Under the pieces are notes generated by a model. The model saw only the letters and a list, made by a program, of their open reading frames with translations, was not told the origin of the DNA and did not search any database. A stretch of DNA of 64,000 nt from Dimorphilus gyrociliatus (lineage: Eukaryota; Animalia; Annelida). The stretch spans positions 3,873,689 to 3,937,688 of the forward strand of contig CAJFCJ010000005.1 in NCBI GenBank assembly GCA_904063045.1, written 5' to 3'. Both the position numbers and the translations under genes were made by a program. Each line of letters opens with the position of its first letter. The stretch's first letter is position 1. Shown here piece after piece: positions 39,537-49,829 of the stretch.

Positions 39537-41596
39537 TTATATTTGTTTATAGGCCTCCCACAGATCATTTCCAACCCAAAATTTGTTGTGTTTTAACCCC
39601 AAAGCCGACATAGCTGTTGGAGCTAAATCGCCATTACTTATTGGTAATGTGAATTTTGCGTCTTTTCTTACACCAGGTCCTTTTATTAGTAACGGTATCC
39701 TTTGAACTTCATCTAACATTTGACCGTGACCATAAAATATACCTGAATGGTCTGATGTAAGAATGACTAGAGTTTCTTCTTCCTTTTCCTCCTCATCGAT
39801 TGTATCTAATATTTTTCCAATTATTCTGTCAATGTTATCAATGGCCTTTAAATATTCCTCGCCGCACCAACCACTTGTGTGCCCTGTCACGTCTATACTA
39901 TCAAAATAGAAAAATGTCAAAGATTTTTCAGTTGAGTCAAAAACGTTTTTCAAGTAAGCTGTTCCATTTCCCACAACCCATTCGTCAAGCGCATAAACGC
40001 TTGCACCACTCATTCTCATTTCTTTGTCTAGAGTTCCGGGTGCGCCATAACTGGCGTGAAACCTAAGAAAAGGCCATGAGTAAAAAAAAGCTGTTCTTAT
40101 TGTGACGTCAGAACTTTTAGCCTGCGAAAACATAGTTGGTAGGTGGAAATTTTTCCCTGAAGTCGGTGATATATTTTCTGTATAGCCTCTATATGGAGGC
40201 TTCCACCCATTATCATGTATACCAGAGGCATCGGAATCCATGGAACATAATATATTTGTCCAAGAAGGACCAGATACTGTATGTAAAACTGTTCTTGCTT
40301 GATTATTTGCCGAAGTGCCAAGTTTTTCCATTCTAAGCAGATTTGGGACACCTCCGCTAGCTTCTTTATAGCAGTCGTAATGTAATCCGTCAACTCCAAT
40401 TATAACGACATGTTTTGCTTCTTCAACGGTCTTGCTACTATCGGAGCATTTGGGAATATCACAAAATTCAATTAAGATGTTCGAATCTTTCTGAACAAGG
40501 CAAAATGGTCCTTCCGACATACCGGCAGGGTTTCGGCAATAGTTTGATGCTTCTTCGAGACTAGAATCCGGAAATCGATTAATATCTCTATAGATTGGAT
40601 TTTGAACTGAGTCCCATCTTAAACAACTACCACCCGAAGAACTGATCGATATATTCCCCATATAATCTCTTCCATTATCCGAGGTTTTGCAAGAATTTTC
40701 GCACCTATCTAATTCACAATAATCCCATTCTAGTTCCTCTGATAAAACGTAACACCAAGGTCGGTCCTTGGAATCAGCAGGATTACGGCAATAATTGGAA
40801 GCGTCGGATAAAGTTGCGTCAGGGAAATAAGATGAATTATAAAAAGAGTGTGAATGAGGGGCCTGCTTATCCCATCTTTGGCATCTATAGCCAGATTCGG
40901 TTAGACTGGTTGTTCCAACATACGTTTCACCGTCACCATTATAGCAAGTGGATTCTAATGCAATCAATTAAAAAGAGAAAACTATCAATAAAGTACTGAC
41001 AATCTATAAACATTATGAAGGATATACTATATACATAAATATTACTTTTACAGAATGGAACATCGCAGTATTCCCAAGATGTATCGTCGACGAAGCACCA
41101 GGGACCAAATGGCTTTCTATCAGGATTTCGGCAATATTCCCCATTTCGACATTCCTTACCAGTTCTCGTCCTTCGGAGTGAACCTTTGTATCCTAAAGCC
41201 ACCTCGTCAAATTTGCATTCAGCAAAATCGTGACATTTTTCAACGTTGCAGAATTCCCATTCGCTTCGATTATTTGGATTAGTATAACACCATAGACCTT
41301 GTGATTTCTCATCAGGATTACGGCAGTTATTACCGATCTCTTCCCAACTATTATCAGGAAAGGCTTTCCATTGGCTTTCATTTAACAATAGTCTCCATTC
41401 GACACATGCCTGACCGGAAGCTGTTACATTCTTAAAACCTCTGTAATCCCTGCCCTCTTCCTCAATTCGACATTCTATTTCCATGAAGGAAGTTATAAAG
41501 AAATAAGGATGTATTTTAAGTGGTACCTGGAATATTTGCGACACAACAGCTAATGATGACCAGGCCTAGCAAAATATTTTGCAGTATTAAGTTCAT
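39537..41596 (-). CDS. Secreted protein: signal peptide + four kringle domains + alkaline-phosphatase-superfamily (nucleotide pyrophosphatase/phosphodiesterase-like) domain (638 aa, 3 exons)
   Basis: Exons 41596-41527 (MNLILQNILLGLVIISCCVANIP), 41474-41046 and 40954-39537 are phase-consistent (1917 nt). Four kringles carry YRG/YKG/YVG/YMG, CRNP and PWC/PFC motifs. The AP-fold motifs are HVVIIGVDG, TVSGPSW, DVTGH, TSDHSG..GHG and IPLLIKGPGV. Confidence 0.9.
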
Positions 41597-42560
41597 TTTT
41601 GTATTGAATATAATCTAAATGTGAGAATATGATAGAAATACGTCTACTTTTATACTCTTAGAACATGATTTAAAAAATATATAGGTAATTATTGGCCATC
41701 GTGGAAAATGGCAGTTGCAACACTACACAGACAATACCAAAACACGCATTGTTCATATAATATCCGTAAATATATCTTTATATAATTAATAACAAGACAC
41801 TTTGCCCTCAATTCTTATAGGAGATTTCCTCTCTTTCAAGGGAACAAAAAACATGAAAAATTAATATGGGAAGGGAAGGGAAGATGTGGCCAAAATAATA
41901 GATATAACAACTCATTTCATATAAAAACTAAGAATTTAGTATAAAACAAAGAAAGCTCTTCTAAGAAAAGAGTCCAATAAATAAAAAAATGTCTTTTTTT
42001 ATCCTTCTCAGCAATGATATCCTCGTGAAGTCACGTATGGTCCACTTGAATATTTTTAAAGATAAACCGCTCTGCTTTTCTTTTCTTATCTTATTGTACA
42101 GTATATAGTATAAATATGCAATATATATATATATATATATATGTGTATATATAGAGACGTAGAAAAAATCTACTGTATTTACTTCATAAGCGCCTTAATT
42201 TTCAATATCTCGACGGAAATGTAATTGATAATTAAACAGGGGAAAAAAAGCTGTAGCGAGTGAAAAAACACAAGTTATTTTTATATTTATCTTATTCTTT
42301 GACTTAGATATTTATTGAACAAAAAGTTTTAATGTAGAAATAAATAGCTATTTTCGGATAAATCAATTATCTTTTCATATTTGACTAGTTATAGACAAAA
42401 TAAAAACAATTAGCATAAAGAAACATGTTCATTCAATATGTTCCATTGTTTCTTTAGTACTATCATTGTTCATTGAACTGCAGAAAAAAATGTAGATTCC
42501 AATTGAATATCTACATTTTGAAATCAGAAAAAAATTGCAGATTTATGAAAATAACTGTTT

Positions 42561-43337
42561 TCACATATTTGATAAATAGTTAACTGATGTTTGAGCCATG
42601 CTGTACATTGAATGTTGAAGACTATAGGCAAAGAGAATTCCCCTGTCATTTACAAGGTGTCTATAGTACAAATCTCTATAATTGCTTGTTGTGAACATAA
42701 GGCGTTGACCAAAGGCCAATAGCGGAGATAGAAAGGAAAAGCCATTCTGAGAGAAAAAGTGCTGCAATGCTGCTGATCCATTTTGTGAATCTTCTAGTAC
42801 GAGGATACCACCATCATTTAACAGACATACGGCTTCTTGAAGTCTCTTAACATTTGTTGGAATATCTCCTTCCGTTCCCATAATAATTAATCTGGATCGA
42901 GGAAGGTAATTCTTTTCGAAGTCTTCGGAAGTTAGAACATCTGCTTCCAAAGAAATAGCAGATTCATTTTTGTAATGTTTATTGGGAGAACTATGAGCAT
43001 AAATCAGCGGCTCGCCAGGATAAGCGGCTGTATTAATTAGTGCTGCATAATTCGGATTGCTCACTTGGATATGAGCCAAAGTTCCTCTCACTGAAAATTC
43101 ATCTTGTATCTTTGACAATCTTCTCAAGAGGGATGAATCGAGCGGATGAACTCTACCAGGTAAATAATCAAAATTTTTCTCCTCAATCAATTCGTTAGCT
43201 TCTGTTTTATCCTTTTTTAACTGTCGTGGACAGTGTACTTTACTACAGAAGTGTAAACTTTGAACATGTCCAGAATTGCACCACTCTGAAGAAAAAAGTT
43301 GAAAAACGTTGAAGAGAATTATAATTTTGAAACTCAT
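42561..43337 (-). CDS. Secreted/membrane-anchored protein with degenerate class I SAM-methyltransferase (Methyltransf_24-like) fold, single exon (258 aa)
   Basis: Uninterrupted ORF from the ATG of MSFKIIILFNVFQLFSS (signal-like). The order of motifs LSKIQ..SVRGTLAHIQV, LQEAVCLLNDGGILVLED and SPLLAFGQRLMFT..Y resembles bacterial/algal Methyltransf_24 proteins, but the EIG and DGGH motifs are replaced. The fold call is from memory. Confidence 0.6.
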   Translation of the reverse strand: MSFKIIILFNVFQLFSSEWCNSGHVQSLHFCSKVHCPRQLKKDKTEANELIEEKNFDYLPGRVHPLDSSLLRRLSKIQDEFSVRGTLAHIQVSNPNYAALINTAAYPGEPLIYAHSSPNKHYKNESAISLEADVLTSEDFEKNYLPRSRLIIMGTEGDIPTNVKRLQEAVCLLNDGGILVLEDSQNGSAALQHFFSQNGFSFLSPLLAFGQRLMFTTSNYRDLYYRHLVNDRGILFAYSLQHSMYSMAQTSVNYLSNM

Positions 43338-44100
43338 TGCTTTAGTGTCAAGTGCAGAATTCACATTGGCTATAAGTGAATAGAGATATTACTTTAAACT
43401 TTTACTACTTATGAACCTATAAGGCCGATTAGGAAATGCAAACAGTAGACCATTGTAATGCAAAGTAGTTTATTTTTAGTTAACTATATATACAGCTGAG
43501 CATAGCTCAGTCTCACCAAAAACTTGAATGGGGTGCGGTAAAGATTGAACTCGGTGTAAATAAACTTCGCAATTATTAGAATTTTCCGTAAAAAATATCA
43601 ATATTCAATAGAATTCTTCGCATATAATCGGTCAATTCGCTTCGACAACAAAATTCTTTCAAGTTGTTAACACTGTAGCTATGTGAAGTAATAATTAACA
43701 GTAATAGAGGCGATAGCAATTTTTTGTCCGTTTAGACCCTAGCTCCCCACTCCCCTCTCTATAGCCTTTGTTTTTATGTCTGTTCTCATTTAAGGCTCTA
43801 TAATTTGAAAAGATTAAAAATCAAAGAATATTAATTTTTTCCTTTCAATCTCTTCTCTCTTTCTATTAAATTTTGCCCTGTTTTTAAGTCATAAATAACA
43901 AATTTTAATCATTTTTCCTAATACCTGACATAAATCATCGATATGTTGTATTATCTGTCTTTTTATTAGTGGCTTCCCTCATTCTTCTTTGGTAAAAAGA
44001 GAAATAAAAAAAAGTAAAGATAATAGTGAAAAATATAAATAAGAATTTTTCCCATCCCCGTAAACTTCTCTGAAGACTGCCTATCTTATTAATTACAAAA

Positions 44101-44137
44101 GTGACGTCACAACATACATTAAGAGAATATATATAAA
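44101..44137 (+). promoter_or_regulatory. CRE palindrome (GTGACGTCAC) plus TATA box of the neuropeptide gene
   Basis: GTGACGTCAC at 44101-44110 and TATAAA at 44132-44137, upstream of the first coding exon at 44198. Confidence 0.6.
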
Positions 44138-44197
44138 TATATGTAAATTGGCGTGTAAGTCTAAAGGCTTGTTTGTTTCACTGAAGTAAGAGAAAGA

Positions 44198-45270
44198 ATG
44201 GAGTCGTTTCAACGAAGGTAAGATTTTTAATTTCTTTTTTTTTCCGTATAGTTTAATTCTTTCGTTTCATAATTACTTTTCTACTTTTGTCAAAAGAGAA
44301 AAGTAATGAGAGTAAGGCGCGCCAAGTTTTTCAAAGATAAATTTACAGTATATATATATATATATATATATTTCTTTAAGGTTTATATTAAACATAACAC
44401 AGAATTAAATAAAATTGCATACACTACTTTTATATTTACTCTTAATATTAAAAAGAAGAAGAAGAAGTAAAAGAAGATGAAGAAGAGTGTATAATATACT
44501 TATTTCTACTTTTAATAGTTGAAAATAATTGTTCTTCTGTTTTTTTAATAGAAAATTCCAAGGGTTAACGTAATAAAAGCAATGTTGTCTTTATCCAAAA
44601 ATTTATTAGACAGTAGCAGGTGGTAGAAATGTCTGAGAGCGGAAGTTTGCCTAATCCGATTGCAACGTCAACAAGAAACGTTCAAAGATTCTAGTAGTTA
44701 GATCCACTTTGTTTATAATTAATTTCTATTTTTCTAAACAAATGTTAAATATACATTGGGTATATATATACTGTATATATGTATATACAGGTAATTATAG
44801 AGATATTAATAAAGGCGATTATATACTAATTCATTAATTAATTATCCTATTACCTAGTACATAGTTTAATTTTATAACTACTTTTCTTTGTATTTAGTCT
44901 ATTTTTTACCATCTTCTTAATACTTTTGTTAGAATAAGAAATAACAATCTTTCCATTGAATAACGTGATCTAATGAAAAAAATTATTTTCCAGGATGTTA
45001 CTCAATGTAATCCTCTTGATCCTTTTGACAAACTGCGTCACTAAGGGGGAAAAGAGGCAACCTCACCTATCGGTTGACGCCCACTTACAATCAATAGCCG
45101 ATATGCTGGGAAATCCAAGAAAGGTAGAAGAAACTAATGGTATGAAGGCCTGGCTTAACAGATTAGGTAAACGTTGGATCAATACACCCCAGTTAAACCG
45201 TAATGAGGACGGTTTTGAAGGATTTAATGAGCAATTCAAGAAAAGAAAACTTCTACAAGATGTGTATTGA
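44198..45270 (+). CDS. CRH/DH44/egg-laying-hormone family neuropeptide precursor
   Basis: Exon 44198-44217 (MESFQR) splices in frame (AG|gtaaga...ccag|G) to 44994-45270. Signal peptide MLLNVILLILLTNC, a KR site, then a 36-aa peptide QPHLSVDAHLQSIADMLGNPRKVEETNGMKAWLNRL followed by GKR (amidation). The LSxxxxLxxxxDML pattern is typical of ELH/DH44. Confidence 0.85.
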
Positions 45271-45980
45271 CATTACCATTATTTATCATAACTTCTCATT
45301 TAATATTCAACTAAAGAAAATTAATTAATGAAAACAAATACATTATTACTAATCTTTAAATATCAAGTATGAATAAATTTATTCACTAATTAAGATATAT
45401 CTTAAAAGGAGGAAAACAAATAGAAAAGGCAAATTGGCAAACAGGGAAAATAGTCGAAGAAGATAGGAACACCGGGATAGAGAGAGAGGGAGGGGAGGAG
45501 ATGTGGCGGGAGGGGGGTGGGGCAGAGAGAGAGAGAGAGAGAGAGAGAGAAACTTTAACAAAAAGTAAAGAGGAAAAAAGAAGAAAGAATTGAAAAATTA
45601 TGAAAATGAAAAATCGCTTTGAATTCATATTCTTTTCATTTTTTTTGCTTTTTTTTGCAACTGACTGTGTTTCTTGCTACCTTTTTTTAAAATGACTCAA
45701 TATTCAGCATTGAAGAGATAGACAGTAGCAGCCTTTCATAACTTGTTATATCTTCTTATTTTATTTAAAAATAGAAATCTATTTATATATGTATATATAA
45801 AGTAATTCAAATGCTGTAAAATCTTCATTCCTATTCAGAATCTTGCTCTCTCCGCTCCTCTCTGTCTCTCTCTTTCTCTCTCTTTTGTAATAATAATTCA
45901 ACACAACGAACTTTTAAATACAAGTTTACCTCTTAAGACAATGAACAACTATCTATACAGCTTATATACAGCATATTACA

Positions 45981-47349
45981 CTATATTAAATAAAATGGAT
46001 ATATTATTACAATAGTTGTAATAGTATAGATAGTTTGGAATGTCCAGAACGGGCTTGTTGCGCCATCTACCGGTCTTTCTAATTTATATTCTGTCGGAAG
46101 CATTCTAGTTGGTATGGGAGTTTTTGCACAGTCCCTATCAGGCCACCATCTTTTGAAAAGACGCTTCAGGAAATGTTTACTTTTTAGGATTCTTAATATA
46201 TCATTTAAGCATTTAGTTAAAGGTGATTTATGACGAAGAATTAGGCAGTATTTAAGCTCCGGTCCAATTTGAAAGTCCAACAGTCTTAGATCGCAATGGT
46301 TTCTTACATGCCATTCGGCAAATGGAGATTCAATAAAAAATACAAATGTGCCGTTAGATGAGAGAACTTTAGCAACACCCTCTTGAGCTGAACGAACGAA
46401 GGTATCCTCTTGGTTCATGACTTTCCACATACGACGGCAAAGAGGGTTATTACCCGATCTAAAGAAACGCTCCGTATATGAACCCTTAATGACGCCATAG
46501 GTTATTGGTGTCTTAGAGTCAACTTCTATCAGGTCAGATAGGTCCTTGATTTCCGCAAGGCCCGAGTAAAGGGCGGCTATTTTCGCCTTCATAAACGGTA
46601 TAGTAAAATCCACATACTTTTCCCTAAAGGCTAAACGAGTAATTGGGGCAGCACCGACGTCATGTACCTGATAAAACTGAGAGCTAATACCCAGCTTAAA
46701 AGAATTTAATTAAATGACTAACACTATCTATTACTTCTCCTATTATTCCATTCCAAGTGCCATCTGGTTTTGGCCATCCGTATCCGCCTTCACTAACTCT
46801 CTTTATACGGAACGGAAGCTGGAAACAAGTATGCAAATACGTATATAAGCTTAAAGTACAAAAATAAATCAATAGGGGTCATTAGATTAATGCATCTATT
46901 TTTGTTAATATTTCCTACAGGCGACAACCTGTAAATATTTCGCTATTTTTTCCACCAAGTCAGGGATGAAGCCTTCGACGATAAATGGTTCAGTACCCTT
47001 ACTGTCAGATATGATGCGAAAAAATGGTGGCTCTTCTAAAGAAACGAATGTTAAATACCAATGTAAGTCGTTTGATGCCGTTGGTTTGCCATCTGTGTGG
47101 GAAAAAATACGACAATATGTATTTTCTCATCTATAATCGATATTAATCGATATGGACTTAGACAGGGTAAAGGGGGTGGAAAGAGGGGTTTTTAGCCTGA
47201 AGGGACACCCCAATGGTCTGTTGTAGCAGGTGATATTTTATTCCGGACAAAACTTGATTTAGCGCTTTGTTAAGGGTAGCGATTGAATTAGTCTAGGAGC
47301 ATAACAAACTGGAGTATATACACGGCGTATATAACGATAAAGAGACCAT
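45981..47349 (-). CDS. Pore-less iGluR ligand-binding-domain protein (S1 fused directly to S2) with GPI-anchor-like C-terminus (about 328 aa)
   Basis: Exons 47349-47310 (tentative signal exon), 47092-46929, 46818-46723 and 46667-45981 are phase-consistent. S1: EEPPFF..EGFIPDL..IA, GYG..DGTWNGIIGEV, DVGAAPITRLAFREKYVDFTIPFM. Linker SGLAE. S2: IKDLSDL, YGVIKGSYTERFF, FVFFIESPFAE, HCDL, RWWPDRDC. No M1-M3 segment; hydrophobic C-terminal tail ending at the stop. Confidence 0.88.
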
Positions 47350-48161
47350 AAGTAAGGGTAGAGAGAATAGAGAAAGACACTATTTAAATATACAAGAGAC
47401 GACGTCCTGCCATATTCCATAACGTTTTTTCCATCGCCGATTCTCTTTGCGCTAGACTGCCCATTCGCTTTATAACTGTCGTCCACCTGCAACCTCGTCG
47501 AAAAAGAGATGCCAGTGGAAAATCAAAAGAGAATAAAGAGAAGGATAAAATATGGCAGAGAGTAAACGAGCGAGTTAGAAAGGGAGCTGGAATTGAAGGG
47601 GATATAGTAGAAGGTGTTATACTTTATCGCTGTACATTTGCAACGGATTAAGCTCGTTGATCGTTCCATACATTTTTACCGATTCGATAAATTCGAATAT
47701 AAATACGGAGAGAATTAGGGAACGAACGAGCAAACAAGCGGCGAATTTTCCGGCGATGTTCTCCTGGGCAATTTGTCTACGCTTTCTACTTTGCTTGTCT
47801 TTTTATTTTCGACCGCTTCCATCTCAATCGAATAAACACGTCAAGGACAGACATACATGCTAAAACATACGCGGTAAGAAAGGCAAAAAGTATGAGCAGT
47901 TATTACTTTCCCTTTGTTTTCTTATATCAAATTGAATTCTTCTTTGTATTATTTCAATCCTTTACCTTTCTATAACCTATCATTCGCCCCACTTTTTCAT
48001 TTTCTAAGCAACCTACGACTTTTAATCAGGCGTCAAATTGAATAATTATACTCCGGAGGCTCACCTTTTAGATCATTTAAACTACAACCAAAACTTCCAT
48101 CTAAAAAGACTTTCGTAAAACAATTAAGCAAATATATTAAAATTTTCCATTCCATATCTTT

Positions 48162-48199
<38 letters not shown>

Positions 48200-48635
48200 T
48201 TCTTTATATCCTTTACATATGCAATGTCTATTTCCCCTTATCTTTCCCTATTCTTTATTTCTTTTTACGCTATCTATCTCTATATATGTTCATTACGAAG
48301 TTATCCTTCTCCTCTCCTCTTTTCTTCTTTCTTCTTCGTCTTCTTTGCCGTTTTCCTCGCTGTCTTTAACTTCAACGTCAAGTTTACGTTATTTTTTCGC
48401 TCCTACCTCTTAATATATTTCCTTTCTTTATATATATTTAAAGTCAGAAAATAGTTGCCTGTCTCTTTTAAACTGTTAATAATATCCAATCTTCTTGTAA
48501 GAATTAATAGAGGAATAGTGCTAAAATGAATAATTCCGATTAGACAACTGTAATACTCCTTATAAAAGTGACAATTTTCTTTTTTCGCTCTCGTTTTTTA
48601 CGAATTATCATAAAGATTGGTAGAAGGAGCAAACC

Positions 48636-48648
48636 CGCCATCTATTGG
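48636..48648 (-). promoter_or_regulatory. CTCF-like motif CCAATAGATGGCG, intergenic
   Basis: Close match to the CCA-N-TAGATGGCG CTCF core. Confidence 0.4.
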
Positions 48649-49829
48649 TTGATAGTCTATTTTATAGTAATAAAGTCCACTTACAGGGCTTTTCATCCCC
48701 TCTTAGCGATGGCCTCATTACGAAACGTTATGAAAGGAGAGATAAGAAATTGTAATTCTTTTTGACAATTATAAGGGATGAAATTCGGTTAAGAATTCTC
48801 GCTAGCAAAAATAAATATGTATTATTCATTAGTAAGAAAATTATTGATGATTTTATAGAATTGAATGGATTAACACCTTTACTAATGGAATAATAAGGTA
48901 ATCTACAAATAAAACGTAACGGTCTTATAGGATGGAATTTTTTGAATGCAAAAGTAAACATTCCTTTCCTGTTCAAACTTCTTACTGAGTTTTAATAAAT
49001 AAATTCATTTATATTCTACGATCGACAATAAGATAAAGAAAAGATTGAAGATTTTTTGATAATGATATCTTGTTGTTCTTCTTTTTATATTCTTCAGTAT
49101 ATTCTCAAAATCGTTTAAAGAAAAGAAAAAGCGCTGTTAATCTCCTATATTTTAATTGATATTTATTTATCATCCGTAGCCTTATCTTTAGTTTTCCAAC
49201 TGATTATAGTTTATTATAAGATAAATTGCAGAGGAGTAGTCTCTCAGAATTAAACAACTGATAGTGCTCAAATAATACACACATACTATATTCAGTATTC
49301 TTGCAGTATATGGCCTTGCTGACGTTTTGAGGAAGTGAAGAATTCTTTTATTCGAAAATAAGTGGAAAACAGACATATCAGTTACTTTTTGCGTGTTATT
49401 AATATTAGTATCACTTGCTTAAGATTATAGATAGGGCTATAACATGCCAATAGAGGGTATATATGTGAATTATTATGGTACTTATCCTCCCTATACATCT
49501 TGTAAAGTCAATCAGGCGAGTGATGAAATTCTCCGACTTAATTATGACCGTATCGTACTATTTGTTACGATAAGAGTTCGGTGAGATAAATATAGAATAA
49601 TTTATATGAATATCTTCCATGATCATTATGATAATTAGATATCATTCAAGAGAATTTGTGGCTCTTTTATTATTAATCTCGTATTACTTTGAAATAAAAT
49701 CTCTGGAGGAAGTCAAGCTGACAAAATTGTATTTGCCTTTTGAATGATTTGAAAGAACTTAACGATTGGCGTAGGCAGTAAAGCCACTCTGTCAGAACAA
49801 GTGAAAATCATTGAAAGTGTAGAGAAAGG

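Noticed and set aside
43495-43556. tRNA/SINE-like signals (TAGCTCAG A-box-like, GTTCAATC B-box-like, small hairpin)
   Set aside because: The boxes are on opposite strands or in the wrong order and no cloverleaf can be built.
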